Part shown: positions 9,482-19,453 of the stretch, piece after piece
Position numbering within the stretch: position 1 is the stretch's first letter
Layout: every line of letters begins with the position of its first letter
Assembly: GCA_965206595.1 (NCBI GenBank)
Contig: OZ242214.1
Coordinates: 1,792,001 to 1,856,000, forward strand
Direction: 5' to 3'
Length of the DNA: 64,000 bases
Source of the DNA: Candidatus Latescibacterota bacterium
GTDB taxonomy: Bacteria > Latescibacterota > UBA2968 > UBA8231
Notes under the pieces: model-generated
What the model was told of the DNA's origin: nothing
The model's database searches: none
The model's input: only the letters and a program-made list of their open reading frames with translations
Position numbers and translations under genes: made by a program

Positions 9482-10903
9482 TTAGATCAACCCGCAAACC
9501 TGCCAGTAGAGGACGTTCAGGGGACACAGCACCAGGGCAGAGAGAATGGATATGGTCATCATGCAAGCCACGAGCTGTCCCATGGTGAAACCCCCGAACC
9601 CAAGGGCGACCATGAACGGCGCGGACTGGTACGGCAGGAAAACGAGGGTTGTGGCCATGGCGACACTCATGGCAGCGGCCACCGGTGATAGTCCGAGCAG
9701 GCCGCCGAATTCGAGCATGGTCGGGGTCACCACGGCGGCTACCGCGGCGATATCCATCAGGAAATCCAGGGGCAGCACCACCGCGGTTATCGCCAGGTGC
9801 TGCTCCGGAACCGGGAGCGACTCGATGTCGGCGCGGGAAAGCATGTAGTCCAGGGCAAGCCCTGTGAAGCCGCTCTGTTGCAGGATCGTGCCGATCCCGA
9901 AGAGCGCCACGAGGTAGAACAGGAAGGGGAGATTGGCCTCGCGGATCTGACCCAAACGAAGCGGTCCCCACCGCGGCAGAAGGCACACAATCACGAGGAC
10001 GAGTCCTACGTACACGGGGGGCAGATGGTGCAGTGTATCGGTCGCCCACAGCGCTACCCCCGAAAGCAGGATCCCAAGCACGCGGCGCTGGCTTCTGTCC
10101 AGGGGGGGAGCAGGGGTCCTCAGCTCCTGTCCACAGTCGGATGGAGCGAGACGGCGTGCGAACAGGAGCCAGACCACTCCGGCGCAGAGGGAGGTGCGCA
10201 TGACACCGATGACGGGAAACATCCACTGCAGCCACTCCCCCCAGAAGAGAACGCGACCGGTTGCCTCTTCCAATCGTCCGGCGACCACGAGGTTGGGCAC
10301 TGCACCGGTGAGGATGCCACAGCCCCCGTAGTAGGTGCTGCAGACCAGCGACAGCAGAATGGTCGCTTCGAGAAGAGGGTTGTTTTTGCCGCGGCCGCGC
10401 TCGATCAGGGCGACGCCGAAGGGCACCAGAAGCATGACCCGCACGACTCCGGAAGGGATGAGGATCGCGGCGGCCAAGCCCAAGGCGTGAAGTGAAACGA
10501 GCAGGCGAAATCTGCTGCCTCCCAAGAGGCACCTCGCCCTCGCTGCAAGGGCGCGATCGAGTCCCGATGAGCTGAGCGCAAGACTGAGCACCAAGCCAGC
10601 GAATACGAGCCAGACCGCGGGATTGGCAAAGGGCTGAAAAGTCTCCTTGAAGGAGAGCAGCTCTGTCAAAGGCATCAACAGCAGTAGGAGGAGGGAGGTC
10701 AGCTCGATCGGAATCGGCCGCGCGGTCCAAAGGATCACCGCGCAGACGGTCACCCCGAGGGCGCGCTGGGCAGCTGGAGAAAGGAGATCGAAAGGGGCCG
10801 CAAGCCCGGTACCCAGCAGGGCAAGTGCGAGGAGGGATGGGGCAACCTTCCCGATGGAAAAACCGCCTGCGAGCGCCATAGTCGCACGCGACCGGAAACG
10901 CAC
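9482..10903 (-). CDS. SLC13/DASS family anion (di/tricarboxylate or sulfate) transporter
   Basis: More than 12 TM helices; FANPAVWLVF, IPSGVVR, LTGAVPNL, PYQSAP motifs. Confidence 0.85.
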   Translation of the reverse strand: MRFRSRATMALAGGFSIGKVAPSLLALALLGTGLAAPFDLLSPAAQRALGVTVCAVILWTARPIPIELTSLLLLLLMPLTELLSFKETFQPFANPAVWLVFAGLVLSLALSSSGLDRALAARARCLLGGSRFRLLVSLHALGLAAAILIPSGVVRVMLLVPFGVALIERGRGKNNPLLEATILLSLVCSTYYGGCGILTGAVPNLVVAGRLEEATGRVLFWGEWLQWMFPVIGVMRTSLCAGVVWLLFARRLAPSDCGQELRTPAPPLDRSQRRVLGILLSGVALWATDTLHHLPPVYVGLVLVIVCLLPRWGPLRLGQIREANLPFLFYLVALFGIGTILQQSGFTGLALDYMLSRADIESLPVPEQHLAITAVVLPLDFLMDIAAVAAVVTPTMLEFGGLLGLSPVAAAMSVAMATTLVFLPYQSAPFMVALGFGGFTMGQLVACMMTISILSALVLCPLNVLYWQVCGLI

Positions 10904-10909
10904 TGGGAA

Positions 10910-12118
10910 TTACGGGCGCACCACGGAACCGTCCGCACGCCGGTCCTCGGCGGCGTAACTCGGGCGGGGCCTGTCGAAAAGGGAAGATGCTTTCTCCTCG
11001 TCGATGTCGACGCCGAGCCCGGGGTTGTCGCTGGGATACAGGTACCCCCCTTCGAGCACTGCATGGCCTGGGAAGGCTTCGAGTTCCTCTTCGCTGAAGT
11101 GGTTCTCCTCCTGAATGCCGAAGCTGGGGGAAGCCATATCGAGATGCATCGCAGCCGCCTGGTTCACGGGATCGTTGTCCCCTCCTTCCTGCCAGGCGGT
11201 CTGAACCCCGAAGAATTCGCACAGTGCCGCGATCTTGCGACAAGGGGTGATCCCACCTGCCTTAGACACCCGCACGCGCACGTAGTCTATAAGCCGCTCG
11301 GTGATCAGGGGCACGTACTCGTGAGGGTTGACGAACAGCTCACCCATCGCCTGCGGAGTCGTGCACTGCTCTCGGATCATCCGGAACCAGGCGATCTGTT
11401 CCGGCGGCAGCACGTCTTCGAGAAAGAACAGGCGGTAGGGTTCCAGCAGCTTCGAAAGCGCCACGGCGCTCTGCGGCCTGAGGTGCTCGTGCACGTCGTG
11501 AGTCAGTTTGGGCCCGAAACCGAGCTTCGCCCGGAGGTGTTCGAACATTTTCGGGATGGTTTCCAGGTACGCCTCGTCATCGAAGACCTGGGCGGCCGGC
11601 CAGGCGTCTTTCGGCCGCCCGGCGCGCTCCGACTCGATGAAACCGCCCCCTCCGTACCCGCCCATCTGGCAGCGGACCACGGGATACCCCTCTTCGAGGT
11701 AGCGCTGGATATCGTCGCCGAGGCTCTCGTAATCGTTCCCGCTGGCGTGGGCGTAACAGGGCACAGCGGTGCGGCAGCGCCCACCGAGCAGTTCGAAGAC
11801 CGGCATGCCGGCCTCTTTTCCCTTGATGTCCCACAGTGCCATGTCGATGCCTCCGAGGAGGACATTGAGAATCGAGCTGTTGCGCCAGTAGGCGCTGGTG
11901 TTGGTGCTCTGCCAGATATCCTCGATATCAGCGGCGTCGCGGCCGATCAAACGGGGGGCAACGACCTCTTCCATGGCCGTTACCACGGCAGAAGAGTGGT
12001 GGTAGTCGTTTGCGGAACCGATCCCCCACAAGCCTGGCTGGTCGGTGATCACCTTTACGATGACCCAATGCCCGCCCGCCCGGCTCCTGATGCAGCGAAT
12101 CTCCTTGATCTTTGCCAC
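10910..12118 (-). CDS. Enolase-superfamily acid-sugar dehydratase, ManD/RspA-like subgroup
   Basis: IEDIWQ, GIDMALWDIKGK, GGYGG, HDVHE, FLED, MGELF, DRRADGSV. Confidence 0.85.
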   Translation of the reverse strand: MAKIKEIRCIRSRAGGHWVIVKVITDQPGLWGIGSANDYHHSSAVVTAMEEVVAPRLIGRDAADIEDIWQSTNTSAYWRNSSILNVLLGGIDMALWDIKGKEAGMPVFELLGGRCRTAVPCYAHASGNDYESLGDDIQRYLEEGYPVVRCQMGGYGGGGFIESERAGRPKDAWPAAQVFDDEAYLETIPKMFEHLRAKLGFGPKLTHDVHEHLRPQSAVALSKLLEPYRLFFLEDVLPPEQIAWFRMIREQCTTPQAMGELFVNPHEYVPLITERLIDYVRVRVSKAGGITPCRKIAALCEFFGVQTAWQEGGDNDPVNQAAAMHLDMASPSFGIQEENHFSEEELEAFPGHAVLEGGYLYPSDNPGLGVDIDEEKASSLFDRPRPSYAAEDRRADGSVVRP

Positions 12119-12166
12119 TCCTGAAGTGTCCTCCTTGGCTGGGAGCCAGCGTCTGCCGGTTTCTGT

Positions 12167-13429
12167 TTATTTTCCGACGAACAACAGGCTCAATTCCGGC
12201 ACGTACGTAATGACCAACAGGGCCGCCAGCAGAATCCCGAGAAAGGGGAGTGATGCCCGGTAGAGGGTCAGCACGGATTGATCGAAACGAGCGCTGGCGA
12301 TGAAGAGGTTGATGCCCACGGGGGGAGTCGAGTACCCGATTTCGAGATTGGTCAGAAAAATGATGCCGAGATGAATGGGGTGGACATCGTATGCGGCGGC
12401 GATCGGCAGGACCAGGGGGACCACGATAACGAGGGCGGCGAACATGTCGATCATGCATCCGACTGCCAGCAGGAAGAGATTCAGCAGGATGAGAAACAGA
12501 AAGCGACTGGAAATTTCCCCCTGGATGAAGGCCAACAGACGCGTGGGGATCTCGGCGTCGACGACGTAGTTGGTGTAGGCAAGCGCCGCGGCGAGAAGGA
12601 TGAGGATGCTGCCTACGAGGACCATGGTATCGCGCGCGATGGCAGGCAGTTGGCGCAGCGGGATTTCGCGATGGACGGCGACCTCGATTATGAAAACGTA
12701 GAGCGCGCTCAGGGCAGCCGCTTCACTCACTGCGATGTAGCCGCCGTAGATGCCGGCTACTACCACCGGCGGCAGAAGGAGCTCCCAAGCGCCGGCGCGC
12801 ACTGCCCGAAGGGCGCGGGTTGCGGAGAACGCATGCCGCCGGTCCGGTGCAGTTCGCCTCCCGACCATGTAGCTGTAGATCGAAAGGGCCAGTACCAGCA
12901 TGAGGCCGGGAAGGATCCCGGCGACGAACAGCTGGTCTACGGGGGTTTCAGCGACGATGGCGTAGATTATGAGCGGTATGCTTGGAGGAAAGAGCAGGCC
13001 CAGGGATCCTGAGGTCGTCAGCAGGCCGAGGGAAAACCGCTCTGGATAACGGGCGGCTTTCAGGGCCGGATACAGTAGCCCCCCGAGGGCGACGATAGTC
13101 ATTCCCGAGGCCCCGGTGAAAGCCGTCAGCAACGCACAAACTGTCAGGGCCATGATCGCCAGACCGCCCGGAAGCCACCCCAGCAGCTCCTCCGAGAGCC
13201 GCACCAGACGCCGGGCGGCGTCGCTGTGTGAGAGGAGGAAGCCGGTAAAGGCGAACAGCGGTATCGCCGACAGCACCGGGGTGTCGGCGAGCCGGTACAT
13301 CTCGATGAAGAGGATGGTGAGATCGAGCTCGCCGGCCGCAAAGCCGGCCAGGGCCAGCGCGGCGATGATGATGAACAGCGGGGTGCCGGAAGCGGCGAGC
13401 AGGACCGCGGCGAGGGCGGTCACGGCCAT
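12167..13429 (-). CDS. dctM: TRAP transporter large permease
   Basis: AIPLF, FTGASG, GLLFPPSIPLIIY, YSTPPVGINLF. Confidence 0.92.
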   Translation of the reverse strand: MAVTALAAVLLAASGTPLFIIIAALALAGFAAGELDLTILFIEMYRLADTPVLSAIPLFAFTGFLLSHSDAARRLVRLSEELLGWLPGGLAIMALTVCALLTAFTGASGMTIVALGGLLYPALKAARYPERFSLGLLTTSGSLGLLFPPSIPLIIYAIVAETPVDQLFVAGILPGLMLVLALSIYSYMVGRRTAPDRRHAFSATRALRAVRAGAWELLLPPVVVAGIYGGYIAVSEAAALSALYVFIIEVAVHREIPLRQLPAIARDTMVLVGSILILLAAALAYTNYVVDAEIPTRLLAFIQGEISSRFLFLILLNLFLLAVGCMIDMFAALVIVVPLVLPIAAAYDVHPIHLGIIFLTNLEIGYSTPPVGINLFIASARFDQSVLTLYRASLPFLGILLAALLVITYVPELSLLFVGK

Positions 13430-13911
13430 TTATCCGGCGATTTTGCCCGGAGCCAGTTTCTGCAGCCCTGCACTCCGAAGCGGAAGGCGAGGACGGCGAA
13501 GGTAACGGGGAAGATGAGTTGAAGCACCCAGGTTGGCACGGCCAAGTCCCCGGCGGAGCCAAAGGTCCGTTCGTCGTTGACGAAACGCACGGCGAGGTGA
13601 CAGAGAAGGATGCAGGTCCCGCATGCGAACAGAGAACCGAGGCCGTCCGCCCACGCCCGCAGGCGAGGGGGCAGGGCCCGCAGAACAGCGTCTATGCGCA
13701 GATGCCGGCCACTCCGGGCGGCCACGGCCGCGCCGAGGAAACCCGCCCACAACACCAGGTGGCGGATTGCCGGATCCCCCCACAGCAGTGTCAGCCCGAA
13801 CAGGTTGCGCAACAGGATCTCACCCACCGCCAGCAGGACCAGGGAGAATGTCAGGAGGGTGAGGACGCCGTCTTCGATGCGGTGATGCCAGGGAGCCCGG
13901 GGATCTGACAC
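13420..13911 (-). CDS. dctQ: TRAP transporter small permease
   Basis: 4 TM helices; ILLRN, LVLWAGFLGA..A..GRHLRID; GTG start with GAGGAG SD. Confidence 0.88.
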   Translation of the reverse strand: MSDPRAPWHHRIEDGVLTLLTFSLVLLAVGEILLRNLFGLTLLWGDPAIRHLVLWAGFLGAAVAARSGRHLRIDAVLRALPPRLRAWADGLGSLFACGTCILLCHLAVRFVNDERTFGSAGDLAVPTWVLQLIFPVTFAVLAFRFGVQGCRNWLRAKSPDKWP

Positions 13912-13915
13912 TTTT

Positions 13916-14983
13916 CTACTCCTCCGGTAGAACCTCGACCTGACGCTTCCGGTATTCCCCAAGATACCTTTGTACCATTTCGTATGATTCGTCGGAGAAG
14001 GCGCGACCTTTGAGCTCGGGCAATGATTGGGCTACAACCTGCTTGAACAGTTCCACCTCCCGGGCGGGAAAGTCCACCGCGACAACGCCGTGGTCGGTTG
14101 TCACCCGCAGGGCATCCTCATTTTCCGAGCGGTTGAGAATCCTCTGTGCGCGGATGTGGCGATCGGAAACCTCCTGGAGGATTTGTTGATGCTCCTCGGA
14201 AAGTTTGGCAAACGCACGGCGGTCGACGAGGAAGGCGCCGAGTACGTAGTTGATCGGCAGGGTCGTAAAGTAGCCGACGCGGGTGAACCACTGGAGCACG
14301 ATCGCCGCGGCCGGTGAGGTGTATACCACTTCGACGAGGCCGGTTTGCAAACCGAGAAGGACATCGGGAATCGACAGCGGCACGGAGGTTACGCCGATCT
14401 TGGCGAACAGGACCTCGCTTACCGGCTCACCCTGCAGCCGCCAGACCTTCAGACCGCGAATGTCGTCTACTCCGGCGATCGGTTGCTGCGAGAAAAGGTA
14501 CACGAAACCGATATCGAACCACCCGAGGAGGATGTAGCCCTTGTCGGCGTACCCGCGTCGATAATACTCCTGGGTCCCGGCAAGGACATGCTCGATCTCG
14601 TCGTAGCCCTGGAACAGGAAGGGGATCTCGAGGGAGAGCATGTCTGGAAAGATCGTGCTGGTGCCGGTTCCCCCGAATCCACCGCCGTGCAGCTGTCCGA
14701 CCCTGATTTTTCGGATCATCACATCCTCGTTACCCTGGACGCCCCCCGGATAGATTTTCAGGCGAACCTTGTTTTTCGTGCGCTCTCGCACCTCGCTGTC
14801 GATGTCGCGCAAGGTTTTCACCCATCCGCTCCCATCCGGGGCCAAGGTGGCGATTTTGAGGGTTTGCCCATGGGCCAGACCCGTCAGGCCGATTGCTATC
14901 GCGGTCGTCGCGGAGATCAGGTGCTTACGTGTGAGGTGGCCTGAGGGCGCTTTGCAGATTGGTGTATTTGGGGTGGTTTTCAC
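13916..14983 (-). CDS. dctP: TRAP substrate-binding protein (DctP/TatP type)
   Basis: Signal peptide; LKIATLAPDGSGW, YPGGVQG, LQTGLVE. Confidence 0.9.
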   Translation of the reverse strand: MKTTPNTPICKAPSGHLTRKHLISATTAIAIGLTGLAHGQTLKIATLAPDGSGWVKTLRDIDSEVRERTKNKVRLKIYPGGVQGNEDVMIRKIRVGQLHGGGFGGTGTSTIFPDMLSLEIPFLFQGYDEIEHVLAGTQEYYRRGYADKGYILLGWFDIGFVYLFSQQPIAGVDDIRGLKVWRLQGEPVSEVLFAKIGVTSVPLSIPDVLLGLQTGLVEVVYTSPAAAIVLQWFTRVGYFTTLPINYVLGAFLVDRRAFAKLSEEHQQILQEVSDRHIRAQRILNRSENEDALRVTTDHGVVAVDFPAREVELFKQVVAQSLPELKGRAFSDESYEMVQRYLGEYRKRQVEVLPEE

Positions 14984-15019
14984 AGCTCTTTTCGGGGGAT
15001 CGGTGGTGATACTCAGGTG

Positions 15020-15055
15020 CCCATCTCCGATTCAGCGTGTTGAATCGGAGATGGG
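15020..15055. repeat. Perfect 15-bp inverted repeat between tatT and dctP
   Basis: CCCATCTCCGATTCA-GCGTGT-TGAATCGGAGATGGG. Confidence 0.75.
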
Positions 15056-15164
15056 AGCTGCTGGCCGCGGCGAGGTGAAGGAGATTTGGTTTGGATGCCC
15101 GCCTTGTGTCGGCGACACAGTGCCAGACCGGGGTCCGCCTTCTCTTTCTAACCCGCTTTTCACT

Positions 15165-16031
15165 CTAGAAAATATCGTCGGTGGCCAGTAGCAGCCTGCG
15201 GGCCTGGCGATGGGCAGCCTCGTTTTGCAGGGTCAGCTCCGGGGCGGAGTCGGCTGGAATGGCGAGAGCCCGCTCCAGCAGAGAGACGTAGAGTTCTCTG
15301 TCGAATTGCTGCACCGCGAAGAACTTGGCCATCTGGACGAAAACAATGGCCGATTGCTCCTCCGTCAATTCCAGGGCGCGCTCAAAATGGAACCGGGCTT
15401 TCTTCGGTTGGCCCCCCAGCATCGGGGGGAGGGCGGCGTGGTAGACGCCAAGAAAGATGTGAGGGCTGCCGTCCTGATATGTCTCGTCCTGTTCCAGCAC
15501 CCATTCCATCAACAGTATGACGCGCGGGAGATCGGCCAGTGCCGCCATCGATCCGGTGTTCAGGCTGATCCATGCTCCCCAGGCGCTCGCTGCCCAGAAA
15601 ACTGCCTCGAGATCCTTCCGGTCGAGGATTTCGCTGATGGTTGCAAAATTCCGGTAGGGCGCATTCAAGAGCGCAGCAGCACGGTCGTTCAGCATCATGG
15701 CGCGGCGACCGAAATCCCTGGCGCGGCTGTATACCCGCAGGGCGCGCTCCGGGTCTTCCGCCTCGACGAGGACACCGTAGCTGGTATATCCCTTTGCAGC
15801 TTCGATCAGGAGTCTGCGATTGTCGGGGTCGTCTTCGATCATTCCCTCGAGCAGCAGCAGAAACGTCGGAATTGCCTGGGAAACGAGCGTGACGTCATCG
15901 TGTTTCGCCGTGGCCGCGGCAACATCGGCCATCAGTGCTTCTGCGAGGCTGCTCCGGGCGTAACCACACCCGGTGGAGGCCAGCGCGGCTAGTACCATTA
16001 GATAGGAGAGAGTCCGGATGTAGCTGTGCAT
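15165..16031 (-). CDS. TRAP-associated TatT component lipoprotein (TPAT system)
   Basis: Lipobox-like STGC; helical TPR-like body; LPPMLGGQPKKARFHFERAL, LQNEAA; directly upstream of dctPQM. Confidence 0.85.
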   Translation of the reverse strand: MHSYIRTLSYLMVLAALASTGCGYARSSLAEALMADVAAATAKHDDVTLVSQAIPTFLLLLEGMIEDDPDNRRLLIEAAKGYTSYGVLVEAEDPERALRVYSRARDFGRRAMMLNDRAAALLNAPYRNFATISEILDRKDLEAVFWAASAWGAWISLNTGSMAALADLPRVILLMEWVLEQDETYQDGSPHIFLGVYHAALPPMLGGQPKKARFHFERALELTEEQSAIVFVQMAKFFAVQQFDRELYVSLLERALAIPADSAPELTLQNEAAHRQARRLLLATDDIF

Positions 16032-16044
16032 GAGGATTCCTGAG

Positions 16045-16815
16045 CTACCGGGCGCACCAGCCTCCGTCGACTACCAGCAGGTGGCCGTGAATGTAGTCGC
16101 CTGCTGCGGAGGAGAGCAGAACCGCGGCCCCCTTGAGGTCATCCGGATCTCCCCAGCGCCCCACGGGAATGCGCTCGAGAATCGCCTGCGAGCGGAAGCT
16201 GTCTGCCCGCAGAGCGGTGGTGTTCCGGGTAACCATGTAACCGGGAGCAATGGCGTTTACGTTGACGCCGTGAGGTGCCCATTCATTGGCCAGCGCCTTG
16301 GTCAGCTGCGCGATAGCCCCTTTGCTGGCGGCGTACCCGGGAACGAGAATCCCTCCAGAAAAACTGAGCACTGAGGCAGTGGAGATGATCTTCCCGCGAC
16401 CCTGCTGCAGCATCAGCTTGCCCGCTGCCTGGCTGCCGAACCAGACGGCGTCAAGATTGACGCGCAGGACCTCGTCCCAGGCTTCTTCGGGGTGTTCCGC
16501 GGCAGCATCCCTGTGGATGATCCCGGCGTTGTTGATAAGAATGTCCAGCCGTTTCTGCCAGTCGTGGGCCACGGATACGACTTCCCGCAGCTGGCGTCGG
16601 TCGCCGACATCGCATTCCAGGGCGAGAAAACGGCCCCCAGATGCTTCGACCGCCTGCTCGACCTCGGCAAGATTGGCCCGTTCGCGGCTGATCCCGACGA
16701 CATCCGCTCCAGCTTCCGCCAGACCCTCCGCCATGGCCTTTCCAAGTCCAAAACTGGCCCCGGTCACCATGGCGACTGAGTCATCGAGACGAAATCGATC
16801 AAGCACCGATTTCAT
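16045..16815 (-). CDS. kduD: SDR, 2-deoxy-D-gluconate 3-dehydrogenase (KduD)-like
   Basis: TGASFGLG, NNAGII, SVLSFSGGILVPGYAASK, NAIAPGY, LVVDGGW. Confidence 0.85.
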   Translation of the reverse strand: MKSVLDRFRLDDSVAMVTGASFGLGKAMAEGLAEAGADVVGISRERANLAEVEQAVEASGGRFLALECDVGDRRQLREVVSVAHDWQKRLDILINNAGIIHRDAAAEHPEEAWDEVLRVNLDAVWFGSQAAGKLMLQQGRGKIISTASVLSFSGGILVPGYAASKGAIAQLTKALANEWAPHGVNVNAIAPGYMVTRNTTALRADSFRSQAILERIPVGRWGDPDDLKGAAVLLSSAAGDYIHGHLLVVDGGWCAR

Positions 16816-16825
16816 ACTTCCTCCA

Positions 16826-17938
16826 TCAGGTCTTGCTGGGGGCGCCGAGGTCGCGAACTCGAGAAAGGATATCCTCCGCGAAACTCCAGGGATCCTCGGC
16901 CTTCTCGCAATCCTTGAGCAACTCCAAGGATTGGCGCAGATCGTTTCCTGTCAAGCCGTACAATTCGGCGAAGAGCTCCAGGCGGCTGTTGTAGCGTCGA
17001 TAGGATAGGAGGCGGGCGTTGTTAAGTTCCCATTCAAGAAATCCCCGGTACCGCGAAGGGTCCGAAAACTCCAAGAGTTTTGCTTCGAACCGCCGCTGCC
17101 ATGCGCTGAAGAGGTCGGTCCGCAGGCGAAGCACCTGTTCCCGTGGCAGTTGCTGGTTGTAGAGACTGTCGAGGCCAGCGACCACCTCCTGCATGAATAG
17201 CCGGAACCGCTCGACATCGGCGCGACGAGCCCGCGCCTCGGCCACCCTTTCGCTGCCGACGCCGTAGCGTTGCTCAAGGAAGCGAAGAGAGCCGACGTTT
17301 CCGACGTACGTCGCCAGGCTTTCGTTGAAATCCGTGTGATCGGGAACGTAAATCGTAGAGTGGGTGAGTTCGTGTATGATCAGGTCCGCCAGGGCATCCT
17401 CCGGATACTGCAGCATGGTGCTGAGCACCGGGTCGGCAAAAAATCCGAGTGTGCTGTAGGCCGTGACCGGTCGCATAAGGGCGTCGTACCCGCGGGCTCT
17501 GAGGGAATCGCTTTCCGCCATCGCCAGTTCGCGCCGGAAGAATCCCTTGTAGGGTACGGATCCCACGATGGGAAAGTGCCATTGGTAGGGCTCGAAGCGG
17601 TCCGGTGGCGAGGCGCTTGTATTCCAGAGCACGGGTCGGCCTTCGGTGTCGACATAACAGCTGTAGTTGTCGGAGGCAGTCAGCCCAATGATCTCGAAAG
17701 CGAAGGCTTTTACGTCGGACACGAACTTGAGCCTTTCGACTACGGTCGCGCCAACAGATTCTTCCCGGACCAGTTCCGGGATCGGTCGGCAGTCGAGAAT
17801 CAGGCTCAACTGGCCTTTTGCGAGATGCCAGAAGTAGGGAAGGTCGCCAACCTGAAAGCCGCAGCCGAGAATGGCTCCGAAAGCGAATACCGCCACGATT
17901 CTCACCAGCCCCGGGCGGGCGTATGCGAGGAGGTTCAC
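16826..17938 (-). CDS. Putative zinc aminopeptidase (exported/lipoprotein)
   Basis: WHFPIVGSVPYKGFF, AYSTLGFFADP, HELTH-X-FNES zinc motif. Confidence 0.8.
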   Translation of the reverse strand: MNLLAYARPGLVRIVAVFAFGAILGCGFQVGDLPYFWHLAKGQLSLILDCRPIPELVREESVGATVVERLKFVSDVKAFAFEIIGLTASDNYSCYVDTEGRPVLWNTSASPPDRFEPYQWHFPIVGSVPYKGFFRRELAMAESDSLRARGYDALMRPVTAYSTLGFFADPVLSTMLQYPEDALADLIIHELTHSTIYVPDHTDFNESLATYVGNVGSLRFLEQRYGVGSERVAEARARRADVERFRLFMQEVVAGLDSLYNQQLPREQVLRLRTDLFSAWQRRFEAKLLEFSDPSRYRGFLEWELNNARLLSYRRYNSRLELFAELYGLTGNDLRQSLELLKDCEKAEDPWSFAEDILSRVRDLGAPSKT

Positions 17939-18077
17939 CGGTTCGGATGTGGTCCAAACTTCGGTGGCAGGCTGGAAATTGGGGAAATGGGCGAGGATCG
18001 GAGAGAGAGAACGAGGAATTCGCTCGCGAAGGCATGCTGCGGCCCGATCCCGTTAGTCGCGGGACAAGGCATCTGCG

Positions 18078-18926
18078 TCACAAGGCCTCCATTGCCCGAT
18101 CCCGGCCCGATTTCGCCTCAGCCGATTGCGGATCGACCAGCAAGGCATTGTCGAACTGCTCTAAGGCGAGCTGGGGTTCTTCCAATGCGATCAGCACCTT
18201 TCCGAGGCCGATGTAGGCATCGAGGGAGTTGATGTTGAGTTCAATTGCCCGTTCGTACCCCGCCCGTGCTTCTGATTGGCGCCCGATTTCGGCAAGGGTG
18301 CTGCCAAGATGAACAAATCCGGGGGAGTAGTTGGGAGCGGACTCGGTAGCGCTTCTGAAATGCTGTAGAGCCTCTTCCCTCCGGCCCCCTTTGAGGGCGA
18401 TTTCCCCGAGATCTATTGAAGCTAGCGGATGGTGCGGCTCGATCGCAAGAGTGCGCTCAAAGGCTGCGATCGCCTCGCCCAACTTGTTGTTGGCGAGGGC
18501 ATTGCGACCTCGAGAATAGGTGAGGAAGGTCGCCCTGCGCCGATACTTGTAGGCCAATTCCGTTCGTTCCTGCTGGTGAAACGAATCAGCTAGTCCCGCC
18601 AGGGCGTCGACGTTAAGGCTATCGATGTGCAGGATCATGCGAAAGCTTGCAATCGCCCCAACCGGTTCTCCCTTTTCGAGCTGATTCCGGCCGCGTTTCG
18701 CAAGTAGCCCGATCCGTTCCGATGGGCGGGGTGGTGACTCGCCTATCTCGTTGCAGCAGAGTAGAGCAACAGAACAAACTGGGAGTATGAAGCGGGTGAG
18801 ATTCAGGCCGTGCGAGGGAAGGTCGGGGTGGCAGTTACGTGCTGGTTGTTCGGCACCATTGGGAGTTGGTGCGCTACGGGGACTTGCGAATCTTTTCGTC
18901 GAATATGATGTTGCCCTCGGAGTCAA
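18078..18926 (-). CDS. TPR-repeat protein (probable lipoprotein; true start likely downstream of 18926)
   Basis: Multiple TPR units; hydrophobic VCSVALLCC segment. Confidence 0.8.
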   Translation of the reverse strand: MTPRATSYSTKRFASPRSAPTPNGAEQPARNCHPDLPSHGLNLTRFILPVCSVALLCCNEIGESPPRPSERIGLLAKRGRNQLEKGEPVGAIASFRMILHIDSLNVDALAGLADSFHQQERTELAYKYRRRATFLTYSRGRNALANNKLGEAIAAFERTLAIEPHHPLASIDLGEIALKGGRREEALQHFRSATESAPNYSPGFVHLGSTLAEIGRQSEARAGYERAIELNINSLDAYIGLGKVLIALEEPQLALEQFDNALLVDPQSAEAKSGRDRAMEAL

Positions 18927-19371
18927 GGACCTTGCCGTCCTCGGTGAACTCGTATTTCATGGACTGCCCAAGGGTGAGGTGTCGCTGAACCTCGTCGAGA
19001 TCGTGATCGTATTTCTCGATCAGTTTCTCAATTGGACCTTCGAAGCTGGTCGCCTTCCACTTCGGACGATCCTTGTCCCGCTCCTTGCGCTCGTCTGAAG
19101 TCATGATCGGAAGACGTTCAGCTGCCGGGGCGAACCGGCCGGCGACCTCCTGCTGACGCCTGTATTTCTCGTGGCGTTTCTCGGATTCGCTCAGCATTTC
19201 TTCGGGAACTTGGCTCAATCCATCCGGTTCGCCGGCACCCGATGCGCGACGAAGCTCGCTTAGGCGACTCTTGGCGTCATCCGTTTCCCGTTCGAGACGT
19301 CGCTCCCGTTCCGCCTCGAGACTGGGATCGGTGCCGATTTTTCGTAGCACGGAGCGGGCAGCGCGGTTCAT
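18874..19371 (-). CDS. Hypothetical charged protein
   Basis: 165-aa ORF with GGAGG SD upstream, co-oriented with the TPR gene; no recognised motif. Confidence 0.65.
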   Translation of the reverse strand: MNRAARSVLRKIGTDPSLEAERERRLERETDDAKSRLSELRRASGAGEPDGLSQVPEEMLSESEKRHEKYRRQQEVAGRFAPAAERLPIMTSDERKERDKDRPKWKATSFEGPIEKLIEKYDHDLDEVQRHLTLGQSMKYEFTEDGKVLDSEGNIIFDEKIRKSP

Positions 19372-19453
19372 TCTGGAGCCTCCCTTGCGACTTTTGGAAT
19401 TGTCAGTACTAGGCGCAGGTGATCGGGACTGAGACTGCCTATGCCGTGAAATA

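Noticed and set aside
9285-11243. 652-aa minus-strand ORF and similar long overlapping ORFs (e.g. 50953-52449, 35280-36284, 47314-48300)
   Set aside because: Alternate-frame or antisense shadows of well-supported genes, expected at high GC
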